This document shows positions 39,636 through 52,813 of a DNA stretch of 64,000 nt, piece by piece. This stretch comes from Chlorokybus atmophyticus (lineage: Eukaryota > Plantae > Mesostigma and Chlorokybus algae), in contig RHPI01002503.1 in assembly GCA_009103225.1 (NCBI GenBank), positions 749,585-813,584 of the forward strand. Direction: 5' to 3'. Each line of letters starts with the position of its first letter. Positions within the stretch are counted from its first letter, which is position 1. The translations under genes and the position numbers were made by a program. Below the pieces are notes generated by a model. The model saw only the letters and a list, made by a program, of their open reading frames with translations. It was not told the origin of the DNA and did no database searches.

Positions 39636-40480
39636 TTAACACATAAAGCTGCCCACTCGATCTCGCGGTATAAGTCGCAGTTCAGAGCCATGCTTCAGAA
39701 ACACGTTGCCTGATGACACCAGAGTTTAACAGTTGAACGTCACGCAATCATATACTTGCACGCTCCGGACGCAAAATCATAGGATACCTGCACTTTGCTG
39801 CGGATTAATACCCACTCCGTCTGAAACAACATCATCGTATCATGACATGCACACCGCCGGGAGTCGCCGTGCACCACCCAACACAACGCACGTACCATTT
39901 GTGATGATCGCGCTGGTTTGAGACGGCACCTTGAACTGCATGCACAATGTTGGCACACAGTGCCGTGCCATGTCAGTTGCACTGCGCCATGGTATGGTGA
40001 TTGTGGTTGTGGTTATAGTAACCACTGCTGTGCTCGGGCAATGCGAACCCCATGAAGCCCATGTGGCGTGAGGTGCATTTCCATGAAAGCTGATTGCAAT
40101 GCGTGCGACACGTCTGTCTATAAATGCTATACTATGCATGCTACCATGCTATGCTATGCTATGCTATGCTCACCTCTTCAGCAGCAAACTTGAGGACGGC
40201 TGTAAACGGAGCCTCCTCTGGCACGCTGAAGCTGCACAGTACCAAGTTACTATTGGTCAGCACTCATATGCGAGCAACGCAGCATACAATTATGTCGCAA
40301 GCGCAGGTTGCGCGAGTGGAAGAAATACATACACTCTGTACGGCAGCTTAGGGTCGGACGTCAGCGTCACCTTGAACGTCACTTTAGACCTGAGAGGCGC
40401 ACACACACAGCTTTCAACTAGTTTACCTACATGCCGCACGCATGTTTACAAAACAACCGCATAGCAATCGACGCTTACAT
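39636..40480 (-). CDS. UFM1: Ubiquitin-fold modifier 1 (six coding exons; absent from the ORF track)
   Basis: Spliced product [83 protein letters not shown]|SFMC*. The start codon is split AT|G by an intron at 40390-40478. Confidence 0.96.
40146..40170 (+). repeat. (ATGCT)5 microsatellite in a UFM1 intron
   Basis: Direct reading of atgct x5. Confidence 0.9.
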
Positions 40481-40665
40481 GGCTTACACAGCGCTCAGCC
40501 CAGAGCTCCCACCACAACCGGCCGCCGCCACCACCGCCACGACACCACCGCCGCCGCCGCCGCCGCCGCCGCCGCTGCTGCCACGTCGTCACCGCCAGCA
40601 CGCGACAGCTCCGAGTTCTGTGCAAGGAAGATATCAAAGTTCACTGCGATGTCGGTGACGTTTGA

Positions 40666-40689
40666 AAACCCTAACTTTTTCCCGCCAAA
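40666..40689 (+). promoter_or_regulatory. Telo-box plus E2F site in the UFM1/SMC2 bidirectional promoter
   Basis: AAACCCTAA (40666-40674) is followed immediately by TTTTCCCGCCAAA (E2F consensus TTTSSCGC), about 125 nt upstream of the SMC2 ATG. Confidence 0.65.
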
Positions 40690-40812
40690 GCGAGGCCAAC
40701 GGGCAGTTCGGCTCTGTGAGCTTTGCTGCTGGTGGATGGCGGCGGCGGGTCCAGCGGCGAGAAGGTTGTCGTGAGGGTTACGGCGAGGTGAGGGGTATAA
40801 GCAAGTGGCGCA

Positions 40813-43800
40813 ATGTACATCAAGGAGGTATGCCTGGACGGCTTCAAGTCCTACGCGCAGAGGACGGTGATCACGGGGTTCGACCCGTTCTTCAACGCCA
40901 TCACGGGGCTGAACGGCTCGGGAAAGTCCAACATTTTGGACGCCATCTGCTTCCTTCTTGGCCTGTCCAAGCTTTCTCAGGTAGCAACCCTAAGTCATAT
41001 AGCTGTGACCTATGACCAGCTCTGTTACCCATTGCAATGAGGTTTGTGTGTGATGAATTGCTGCTAAGAGGAGGTGTGCAATTGGTTCAGCTTGTTAGTC
41101 TCTTGAAAGCAAAAATTTGAGAGTATGGCCCACTACAACTAGTCAGCCGAGTTTCTGATTTAGTGTGGTTGATAATGCCGGCATAGTTCTCTTGCTGATT
41201 TTGCTGTGTTGTTTTTGCTCTTTAGGTGCGCGCAGCCAACCTGCAGGAGCTTGTGTACAAGCAGGGGCAGGCAGGCATTACGAAGGCCTCAGTTGCAATT
41301 ACCTTCGACAACAGTGACAAGAACCAGAGTCCAGCTGGCTATGAGGACGTCAAGGAGATCACAGTGACACGCCAAGTATGATAAGTGATGTATTCAAGTA
41401 GTGGTCGTATGATTGTGATTGAGTCGCTGATGGTTGTGGGGTTCTAATCAGTAATATCATTGTTAACACCATGCCAATCTAGGTAGTGCTTGGGGGCCGA
41501 AACAAGTACCTCATCAATGGGCATCTGGCGCAGCCAAGCATGGTCCAGATGTTGTTCCATTCCGTCCAGCTTAATGTGGACAACCCGCACTTCTTGATCA
41601 TGCAAGGACGCATCACAAAGGTGCTCAACATGAAGCCCCCGGAGATCTTGTCGATGATTGAGGAGGCCGCAGGCACTAGTATGTACGAAATGAAGCGAGC
41701 GGATGCCTTCAAGACCCTGACGAAGAAAGAAGCCAAATTGGTGGAAATTGACAAGGTACAACTTACTGAGTCAATGTCACGCTCGTAATGGACTGCGCGT
41801 GAGGTTGCATGCTAACTGTTTGTACTGCTGAACACTGCTACGCACGACTCGTGCATCCCACGGCTTGCAGGTGCTGAATGAAGAGATCACACCATCACTG
41901 GGAAAGATGCGCAAGGACTGGGATCGATACCAGCAGTGGCAAGTGAACGAGAAGGACTTGGACGCTCTGAAGAGGTTCTGCCTTGCATACGACTTCCATG
42001 TAGCCTCCAACACTCTTGACGGTGCTGCTGGACACGTCTCTGCATTGCAGGTAGTTTGCTTGCAGTAACATGATAGCTGATCCTGAAACTAAGTTCGTCT
42101 TGACCAAAGCAGCGTAGTTGCAAGAAACAAGCGCGTTATCATGTCCCAAAAAGAAGTATGTTTTGCTAGACAGAGCTTGCAGAACGATCTGAGTTGGAGA
42201 GTAGCTTGCAAGCAAGCATTGAGGCAAAGGAGAAGGAGATCATCGAGTTGACGGAACAGCGCGAGCGGCAGCAAGGGCCTGATATCAAGCGGCTGGCAGC
42301 GCAAGTTGAAGAACTATCCAAAGAGCTTGTCAAACAGGTGAGCATCGTTGGCACGCAAACAACATTCAGCATCTCAAACGCTGTAACATGGTCTGCGTGT
42401 CTCTCTGATTGCAGACAGCAGCCTGGACGAACAGCAAGGAAACTTATGACAGTGAAGTTGCGGCCAAAGAAAAGGTTAGCTTGTGCACAGTGAGGTCGGC
42501 ATTCGCATGCTAGCTTGTGTACATGGTTATTCTATCAGTGCCGCTTTCTGCCTGACCTCATTCCTGCTTGTTGTCAGCAAGAAAGCAATGCATGGGAGTT
42601 GGAAGCGTCCATATCTGCACAAGAGAATGCCATTGCAGGTAGCGCGAACAATTGCAAGGGCACAAAGGACAGCTACGACCGCTTGCGCGGTCATCTGGAC
42701 GACCTTAAGGCCGAGTTGCAGGTTTGTGGCAAATGTCAATACACAATCGGTCTCAGCTCAACGTTGAGTTCTCATTTTCTGCCGACCTGCAGGCTGCACA
42801 GGCCGGCAGAATGACAGGGGCAGGAGGCAAAAGCCTGGGCGAGCTGCTGGGTGAGGCACATGCTGCTGTCAAAAGCATGGAAACCGAGGCCAAGCAGTGG
42901 CGCATCAAGGTGTGGTGTTGTGCTTCTCCCAAGTTGCACTGAACACTCTGCATGGTGCAATAGTTCACTGCGATTCGCCCGTGCAGGGGGACCATGCGGA
43001 GAAGGAGTTGGTTCGTAAGCGTGCAGCATTGCGTAAGGCTGGGAAGGAGTCAGCCAGCATGCAAACAGAACTCGAGCAGGCCAATGCTGCTGTGGACATG
43101 GCGCGCAAGGCATTGGAGGCAGTGACATACGATTCAGAGCACGTAGCACGACTTCATGCGGTACGTGTTGACTTTCTGTTCAGGTATTGAAGCATAAGTT
43201 GCAGCCGCTTGATTGCTGCTTTGGCTTGTACTAGCAGACCCAGGCCACATTGAACCAAGAGTTGCAGAGGTGTCAGCAGCAGTTTGATGCGCAAGCAGCA
43301 GAAGTGAGCATGCTGAACTTTTCGTATGCGGATCCCGAGCAAGGTTTTGATCGCCACAGAGTGAAAGGTCTTGTTGCTCGTTTGATGCGAGTGAAGGACC
43401 GGGCTGCAAGTACCGCAATCGAGGTTAGTTCCGAAGCAGACATGTAACATCCAGCTGTGCATGCCTGAGATTGGTGCCAGGTACTGTAACGATTTTCGCA
43501 AACGGGGCAATGCTGTCGACAGAAAGTGGACAGTTGCTTTCCTCATGACTGTAGCATGCATTTTCTGTTAAGCACATTAGCATAGCATTTGCGTGTGTCC
43601 TCATTGATGAATTGCATACCAGGTGACTGCAGGAGGAAAGCTCTACAATGTGGTCGTTGACACAGAGCAAACCGGCAAGTTGCTCCTCAGCAAAGGGCAG
43701 CTACGATCAAGAGTCACCATCATCCCACTCAACAAGATTGATGCACGTGTTGTCTCTGATGCCAAGCAAGCCGCTGCGAGACAACTGGTGGGACACATTC

Positions 43801-46800
43801 TGGTTCTCAGTTTTGTCAGTACCTTCACGTGATACCAGATGGTGTGCTAATTTGTCTTTTACAAATCCCGTAGGGGGGCGCGGAGAAAGCCAGCCTTGCC
43901 CTATCTGTGGTGGGTTATGAGAAAGATGTGGCACAGGCAATGGCTTACGTATTTGGCGGGACCTTTGTCTGCAAGGATAGCGCTACAGCAGAGAAGGTAC
44001 ACACAAAGCACCAACGCTTTCAGGCTTCTGGTGGGTCTGCTGCTGAAAACCAAGTATTGCTTGATGCAGGTCGCTTTCAACAAGGATGTGCTGACACCAT
44101 GCGTAACACTTGAAGGAGACATCTTCAACCCGCAGGGTACACTAACCGGCGGCTCTCGCAGGTAAGGCACTCTATCAGCGTGCATTGCATTTTGGTTGTG
44201 CTTTATGTGTGGCAGATCGACATACAGAAAAATAACAACAACAATCACCAAGACACGATGCAGTACTTAATTCACAAACTGTATCATGCAGTCAATCAGC
44301 ATCCCTGCTTCTCAAGTTGCATGAATTGAACAACCTAGAGGATGACCTTCGCGCAAGAAAGCAGAAGTTGGCCGAGGTGGACACTCAGGTAAGAGAGTAC
44401 TGCACACCAACTTCAAACCAACAACCACTGACACCGTTGCGTCATGCCAGGTGGCAGCTACTGCAAAGACTGAAGGCGTGTACAAGCAGCTGTTGGCACA
44501 GCTTCAACTGAAAGAGCACTCACTGCAGTTGTTGCAGTCACGGCTTGCGCAGAGCGAGTATCAACAGGTACCTGTGGCGAGTCACTCAGCTTGGCATTGA
44601 GCCTGTGTATGCTGTGAGCCTGAGTTGAGGTTACTCTGAGCATGGTGTGTTCAACAGTTAATGGATGCAACTGCCAAACTGGAAGACGAGTTGCAATGCG
44701 CACAAAAAGCGGGCGAGGCCTCTGAACAGAAAGCCAAGGTATGATGGTGCTCATGTAGTGCATCGTGCATTGCCAGGGGAGTTACTAAACCTTGCCTGTA
44801 TAAAACTTTGTATTCATGCAGGAGCATGTCCAGGAGGCAGCTGAGATAGAAAAGAGAATATCCAGCTTTGACCAGGACCGCGAGAAGCGCATAACGACCA
44901 TTCAAAACGAGCTGAAAGGCAGCGATGCCAAGCTGGCTGCTGCGAGTCAAGCTGTGAAGGTATGCTCCATATGTTTGTGCGGACATTCCGCTGTTTAGCT
45001 GCTCGAAGCAAACAAGTTGTTACAATGTGCTGAATTGCAATGCTTCCTTGCAGGAAGTTGAGCAAGAGGCCCAGCGGCTGGCTTTGGAACTTGAGGCCCT
45101 GCGACAGGAACGAAGCAGCCTTGAAGAAGGCATCTCTGCTGCGGCTTTGCAGATCACGGAGGCGTTAAGAGTGGTGGAACAAAAGGCAGAGAAGGTAGAC
45201 ATGTGCGCTTGCTGATGCTGCTCTGCATATCGTGTTTGTCCCTCTACATAGAGATAATCTGGTAAGTTCGACTGTTTGGTCTGGGTACTGTGTGGCGATC
45301 AAGAAGGGTCGGTGCAGGTTAGGGCTGTCAGCCAGCAGTATGATGAAGCCAAGGCACAACTGGAAGAGAAGCGGCAACAAGTCAGGACCTGCGACGAGGA
45401 AGTGAACACGCGGGTGAAGGAGCAAAACGAGCTGAGAAAGCAGCTGACTGACAACGGATTGGAGTGCAAAAAGTTAGCACACAAGGCAAGCAGGCACATG
45501 CGGCTGCTTGTGAAGTGAGTATAGAGAGCACCTGTTTACCAACATGTGTTGTGTGCAGCTGAAAAAGCTTGAAGCAGACCAGGTGAACGCCTTATCTGTA
45601 GCTGAGAAGCTGAAACAAAGTCGTCCATGGCTGCTAGAAGAACGCCACCTCTTTGGCAAAGTTGGAACGGACTACGACTTCAATGCTCAATCGCCCAATG
45701 AAGCCAAGTCACGGTTGGAGGCACTGACCAAAGCTCAAGAAGGGTAAGGTCCTGGTCATGCCTGTTCTTAGCGCAGTGACCAACGGGTACATGTTTGGCA
45801 TAGCCTGTCAAAGCGGGTAAATCGCAAAGCGATGAGCGTGCTGGAGAAGGCTGAAGAGGAGTACCAGCAGCTCCAGAAGAAGAGAGAGATTGTCATGGTG
45901 CGTCTCATCTTGTGTGCAGAATAAGTGCCCACATGCCTACACAATCACCGCTAACAAAGCTGCTGCTGTGCTGACAATGTATTGCACGCATCAGAACGAC
46001 AAGGTAAAAATTCAGGGTGTCATCAGCGAACTCGACGAGAAGAAAAAGGATGTTCTGTTGAACGCTTGGGAGAAAGTGAACAAGTGAGGATTCTGCTGGG
46101 TCTTGTTTTAGCTACTACCGTCTGGGCTTACACAGTCACCACAATGTGCAGGGACTTTGGGAACATCTTCTCTACGCTTCTACCTGGAACCACCGCTCGG
46201 CTTGAGCCTGAAGAGGGGCACACTTACATGGACGGCCTGCAAGTCAAGGTTCGTTGGTGCATGCTGGTATTGTTTGGTCAGGAACTATGCTTCAAGTTAT
46301 TGTTTGCGCAGGTTGCTTTTGGAGGTGTGTGGAAAGAGTCTCTATCGGAGATGAGTGGCGGCCAGAAGTCGCTGTTAGCATTGTCGCTTATCCTCGCTCT
46401 TCTTCTGTTCAAACCAGCACCTCTGTATATCTTGGACGAGGTAAGATGATGCGCAGATTAGGCCTTTATGAAGCCATGGCTTGTGCATTGTGCATGTTTG
46501 TGCTTGACACATTATTTACACATACCATGACATGGGGCTGTGGCAGGTTGACGCTGCTTTGGACCTTAGTCACACGCAGAACATTGGGCGTATGATCAAG
46601 ACGCACTTTCCGTACTCTCAGGTAGATTGATGTTGAAACAAGCTCCTGTGAGGTTGTGATTGTTGCTGACCTGCTTTGTTGCAGTTTGTTGTGGTGTCGT
46701 TGAAGGAGGGCATGTTCAGCAATGCCAACGTGATCTTCCGCACCAAGTTTGTGGAGGGAGTTTCGAAGGTGACAAGAACTGTACCACTTAGCAAGCGCAC

Positions 46801-46993
46801 TGAGAGGCAGCCACAACAAGGGCAGCAGTCGGAAAACAGGTAAGCAGGCTACAGACTTTTGGCCAGTGCCGTGTCGTTTAGTCTTTGTTTGCAAGTGTGT
46901 TGATAGTGCTACGTCAAATACAGCAGCTAACTTGTGCGCTGCTCATGATTGTGATACTGCAGGGGTCAGCCAACAATGGTGGCTGCAAGATAG
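40813..46993 (+). CDS. SMC2: Condensin subunit SMC2
   Basis: [15 protein letters not shown], Walker [61 protein letters not shown], hinge [17 protein letters not shown] and [17 protein letters not shown], signature [16 protein letters not shown], Walker B PLYILDE|[18 protein letters not shown]. The stop is at 46843, or at 46993 via a final short exon. Confidence 0.97.
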
Positions 46994-47767
46994 GTAATTC
47001 CAGGCTGCCAACTCAACTTGATGCAGCTGCATTGAGGAACTGAAACTCTTAGTCTGTGAGTCCCTTCAGTATACTGTAAGATAGCTCGTCCTCCTAGCTC
47101 GTCCCTTAGTAGCAGCAAACCACTGTGCAGCCGGTAGATGCCATCTGCTATTGGCTGCATTTACCGTAAGCTGCTTTGATTGTAACCTAAATCTGATTAC
47201 TATGCAACGTTAGCAGTGCTGCAGCTTGACTGCCCTCATAAAGCCGGCAGGTTACACTGTACACGTGCGTGATGCTTGTGGGATTGCCATGAAGGCATGA
47301 AGGCAGGTAACTTGTTTCTCTTGGCCTTGCGTGACATTGAGAATGAGGTTGATTGCGTCAGATATGGTTAACTTATAAACGCTGTTCTGTTTGTGCTTAC
47401 AAATAATGTGCATTCTTGCTCCTACAAGGGCCTCTTGGCATTTCCTGTCGCACTGTGAAAGGCGTGCACCATCTTCCCACCCATCTATTTGAAGTTCGTT
47501 GAATGACGAGAATGTGGTGCTTGTAAGCTATACCTTGAAACACCAGCAATAAGATGACTGAACGCTGATGCTGCCAGACAACATCTCAAACAGCATCACC
47601 ATGTCGCGTGCCACAGCACGCTGGATGCGATTCCATGGTTGCCACAAGCATCACCTGAGCTTCTATGCGAACCCAAGCACAACATCAGCAAACCTACGCA
47701 CTGTGCCACGCCCACAGTGTGAAACAATCACTGACACACCTATGTACACGAAAGCAAAATGCACTAG

Positions 47768-50700
47768 TTACTTTTTGGTCCTCCTCGAAGCCCTATCTTT
47801 GGCAGCTTTCTCCTTGCGCTTTTTGACCGCTTTAGGCACTTTTGTCTTCCTATGTTCACGGCGTTCTGCCTTCACCTCTTTCTTGTGCGCTTTGCGCATG
47901 GCCTTCAACTCTTCTTTGCTGTGCAGCCCGCCTGCCTCTGTTCCATTTGCTACGCCGTTCTCATCGCCATCAGAGGCATCAGAGCCATCTGAAGCATTGG
48001 AGCTCTCAGAATCGCTCGCCTCATCCCCTGTTACAGACTCGGTGCCGCTCCCTTGTCCAATAGTTCCAACTTCAGTGTCGGTGGCCGCTGTGGCTGCTGC
48101 AGAAGAGTTATGGCGGCGCAACTCGGCAACAGGTTCAAGTAGTGCCGGCGTTTCTTGCACGCCCGACAGATCGGGTTTAAGCCCTGTGATGGTCTGGTAG
48201 TAGATGCCCTCGCTTTCACCTCCAGCAATCCTCTGCGCATCTTTCTCAAAGTCTGCAACTTGCTCCAGCGTCCTTGGGATGTATGCCTGTGCGAAACAGA
48301 ATGCGATCAACTGTTTTGCTATGCACACATAATCCTGTAACGGCCATGTTGCTCACCTGCTTGAATACAGCCTCTGCAACACTCTCCTCGTGTGTAGGCT
48401 CTGCTGGCCGACTCTCAATCTTTCTTTGCATCTGTCAAGCAAAGCAATGAGCTTGAGCATGCAAGTTGCAAGCGTCTGTTTGTCTGCTTTTTGTAGAGGA
48501 TTTTCCCACGCCAACAGCCAACCAGGAAGGCCGAAGCTGCATGCCGCACAATCACCAACACCAAGCGGCTCACCATGTCAAGGTATGCATCCAGGTTGTC
48601 GTTTGTGATGGTTGGGTCTGTCACAAAGTCGAACAACTCGCGTACCGTCATTGTGCCAACGCCATTTTTCTTGAAGAAGTCCTGAACGACATGTGCAAGT
48701 AAGTGCCTACGAACCAGTCAATCCACAATCACAGTCTGGGCTTCTGCTGCAGAGCAAGCGAAGCAGCAAGCTTGAATCAAGTTGAGGGTCACATGACATG
48801 CTGAGCCAATGAACATAAGCCACACCGGCTACACACCGTCACATGCTGGCAATCCTCGCGTAAAAACTCCAGCGCGTGTGGATGATCCAGATCAACCGCT
48901 TGAGACACGTCAATGAAGTGACAGTGACCCTGTAACGCAGCTCCATCAGCACAAGACTCGATTTCATGTCTGGCCAAGCTATCCAAAACAGCATGCACCA
49001 AGTTGAACACTGGTGTTACCAATCAGCAAACGTGAATGCTGCAAAATATCAAGATGCAACCACAAGGCACCTTTTTTTTGGTTGTACCTGGTAGTAAAGG
49101 ACATTGTACTCGCTGAAGTCGCCATGCACAAGTTTGCAATCCTGGTACATTGTTCGGGCGGCAAGGATGCACTGCGGACATGACACTGTTGTAAGGTGGC
49201 GGTCCACAGCATGAGCTTGCATATTGCACCTCCAAACCACAAACCGTAATTACAAACCATGAAGCGTTTTGACAAATGTGTACCTCAACATAGCTCTCCC
49301 GCAACTGTGCTGCAGTAAGCTCCGCGTCTTTCAACCTTGGTGCTGCCCAACCACTGTCACCTGCCAGCAACTCACATTGGTCCGAGTAGCACCCTAGCTC
49401 GCTAAGCATCGCAACAAGAGCATTCAGCTGCTACGCTGCGCCAATGTAACATGAAGTCTGCCTAACAGTATGTATGCTTACCGACAAAGGTCATGACGAG
49501 CACATGCATGCGCAGCAGAACAGGCCTGGGGCTCCTCACACCAGCAGCATTCAACCTGCAACAATGGGCAGCCAGTGGGTAACCCACAAGCTCCTGCCGT
49601 GCTACTAACAGCGCAGAGAAAAGGAGCTGGCTTCAACTGCAAGCGGCTGCAGTCACTGTCAGTACCTCATCAGGTTGCGCATCTCCTTCTCAGCCCAAGT
49701 CTTCACCATCTTGCGAGGGTTGTGCTTGCTGTAACCATGGCGGAAGCGGAAGTCTCCCTGCACATAGCGGTCACGATCCCTGACCGGACAATTACACCGG
49801 TTACAGCTTTCTCAAAACGTTGCACACAATGTAACAGCAATGGTAATTTAAGCTACAACGCAGCGACTCACTTGAACACCAGGATGGACGTCTTGTAAAC
49901 CTTCACAGCCAGCTCCTCACCGTGGTCAGTGCTTGCGTGATACACGTTGGCCTGTGCAAGTCTGCTTTAAGCGTGAGCGCCTTGAGACAGCTTGTGGCGG
50001 CGCAACCACCAAAAGCCAACGAACCTCTTTGCCAGTGGACACGCAGCCATTGATCTCGGTGAAAATGCCCCTGTTGAGCATCTTGAAAAGAACCATGCGT
50101 GTTCTGGGATCCAAAACCTGACGGATTGCTTTTCATGAGCATTCATTCAACAACGCAATTGGGAAACACCAGCAGCATATGACACGGCACCTGTTCAACA
50201 GTGGCTCGGTCGCTCTTCTCATGCGTCCTCATGCGACCATGCGCTTCCTTGCGACTGCTTTCACGCACCGAAGTGGCAACGCTGTCCGATATGCGCACAG
50301 CACCTTGCCTATCAAGAACTTCTTCCTGCAATAGACCAATGACAGCATCACAAGCTGTGCTTGTCAAGTGCTGTCACTGCTAATAGCAACGGCTGCAATG
50401 TACTTGCATGCCTGTATGGGGCCAGCATACACCCTGCTGTTGAGCTGCTGCTGGCGATTGCGGTGCGGCTGTAGCGCGCCTGCTGTTCGATTGACACCGC
50501 CACCGGCATTCGGTCGCGAGCTGAGACCTGTCTTGAAGCTTGTTGATGTTGCGCTGCCACCACGCGCTACCAGGTCTGAACAAGGAAGAAGATGCATAAT
50601 TAAATTGGAGGTGCCAAAACCACTCAGTTCCAATGCTATCAACGCCGAGTGCACGTCAATTACAATGCCTACATAACCAGCTTCTCCTCTGGAATGCTAC

Positions 50701-51334
50701 GCACAGTCCGTTGACTGAGCCTGCAAGAACCAAACTCAAATCGTGGCACTCCAACTGGCATCACTGGGTGGAGCATAATAAATGTCCAACATAACATGCG
50801 GACACCATCATCACCATCTACCAAACTACTAAACTTCACTGACACATTTGCAAAAGCTGTTTTCACAACATTCTTCATGGCTGTGAGTCTGTCGCTATCA
50901 AGCTTCTGCGGTAACGTTAATAGCTCCAGCACCAGTGACTAAAACCTAGGATTGCATGGTGTGTGTAAACGAGTGCAGCACACAACGACGGTGCATATCC
51001 AACCGGATTGTCTACAGCGCCAGCTACCTTCGCGAAGGTCCATCCAGTCGAGTGCATCCAGTAGCTCCGCTTCGTCCGTGGCAGCTGCAGCCTGACGAGC
51101 CTTCGCCAAGCGCAAGCGCTCCTCCTTGGCCTCAATCACTCTCCTCCTGAACTCCTCATCCGTAACGTCATCATCCGCTACAGCTCCCGAGTCATCCTCG
51201 TCGTCATCTTCCGTCTCGTCATCGTCATCCTCCTCCTCCTCCTCCTCTCCCACCAACTCCTCAGAGTCCTCAGCATACCTCGCTGCCAATTCGCTGAACG
51301 GCGTCAAAGCCACCTCACCCACAACCTCCCCCAT
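47768..51334 (-). CDS. RIO1: RIO1 atypical Ser/Thr kinase (40S maturation)
   Basis: [119 protein letters not shown], basic C-terminal [23 protein letters not shown]; acidic N-terminus. Confidence 0.96.
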
Positions 51335-52265
51335 GCTGATACGCTCACACCCAGCCCTCGCTCCGCCGCACTACACCAACACCCCCGCCGCAGCCGCAGC
51401 CGCCGCCGCAGCCGCCCAAGGGATCACTGAACATCAAGCTGACTTACCCAGTTCACTAGGTTTGCCGATCTAAAGCTGATACCTGCTGGGACGGCATATA
51501 GTGATATTTCAGTCTTCAAGATACAATCACGCGGTTAGATTTTTCCAAGTCTGGACTGTGCCCTTTTCGCCACGCTGTAAGCTTAGCCTACAGCGTGGGC
51601 CTAAGATTGACATTGACAAAGTCTTCGATTCAGGGACGGTGAATCAAGGAGTGTGCTTGGAGGTTGCGGTGGCCGTGTGCTGGGCGGCGGCGCCTGTGGC
51701 GACGTAGCCGGTGTGGGTCTGGTCGTCTTGCCGCTGTGCAGCGTGATTGGTAAACTCGAAAATTAGTGGCTCGTCCCCTCTCGCCGCAGCGTAGACTCAG
51801 TTGGCGGTGAGTCTCTTGTGGGTGTTGGAGTAAGTGCTTGTGGCGGTGTATATGGGAAGTGTTGTGTGGGCAGCGTTTTTGCTTGTAAGCAAAGAGCCTT
51901 TGCCTGTCTTGAAGTTTGCCTTCAAATCGGCCTAGGTTTCATTGCTGTTGCTGCGTCATCAGGCTCTCATCTGACACGAGGCCTAGCGCTGGCTTGTGTG
52001 ACCACGGTAGAATCATCTCTAGCATGGAAGTTGATCACTAACAGAACAACGGGGACTAGTGACGTCCTCTTAGCAGTAGATCAGCAGTCTAGTGTAGGAG
52101 CTGTGTGCGGCTTCCCCCAAGGTTGCAAATGGAACGAATGCTCACAACTGCTGAGGAGCTCACTGGTTCACTGATGGTTGACCTGCTGGTCCACCTGTGT
52201 TTGGCAGTGCAAGCTCACAGTATTTAACTAACATTCGTCTGTTGCTGTTCAGAAGCGAGACGCAG

Positions 52266-52813
52266 ATGCAGCGCCACCACGTGTGCGCAGTGCTGCTAGT
52301 GTTGTTGCTTGCAGGTACGCTGTGCTACGGCTGACCTGTGATATAGCGCTTGCTTACGTGACTCGCCAACCAGGGCTTACATTTGTTATGTGCTGTAACA
52401 ACACAGGTTTGGCACAAGAGTCCTTCGCTCGCCCGCACATACCCGTGCGCTTGAAGACTTCTTCAGGGTGGGCCAAGAAAGACAGCAGCAAGGGCAGCAA
52501 GGACAAGGGTCCATGCGAGAAGCTTGCATGGGCTCTCAAGCCTGTGGTGCAGAGTCTCGCTGTCAAGCTTAGGGACGAGGTCGCAAAGAACTCCGCGAAG
52601 ATTGCCGATAGCAGAGCGCCCGCCAGGACGAGTCTCGCAAGCCTCAAGTCACAGCTGCACAAGGCGGCGCTGCAAGAGCTCGGGGCGCGCTTCTCGGCTC
52701 AAGCTGCTGCGTGTAAAGGCAAGACGGGTGTTGTGATCCTTCGACTGATCAACAAGGCTGAGAAGGAAGTTTTTAGAGCTGCCAAGTCGCAGTCGAAAGG
52801 TTCCTTGCGATGA
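52266..52813 (+). CDS. Orphan small basic protein (151 aa) with predicted signal peptide
   Basis: Exon 1 MQRHHVCAVLLVLLLA G|gtacgc (52266-52314) splices in phase to acag|GT TTG at 52407 and runs to the stop at 52813. K/R/A-rich, helical-looking, with two Cys in the mature part. Confidence 0.65.

Noticed and set aside
39710-39787. U12-type intron candidate in UFM1 (donor GTATCCTATG)
   Set aside because: The donor deviates from GTATCCTTT at +8 and no TTCCTTAAC-like branch point lies near the acceptor.
41040-41165. GTGATGA...CTGA in SMC2 intron 1
   Set aside because: No terminal stem and no recognisable rRNA or snRNA complement.
50577-51028. Possible snoRNA in the long RIO1 intron 1 (18S-like words gcggtaa, ctccagc, aatagc)
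   Set aside because: The words are out of order relative to 18S, and there is no convincing C/D pair with a terminal stem or H/ACA hairpin.
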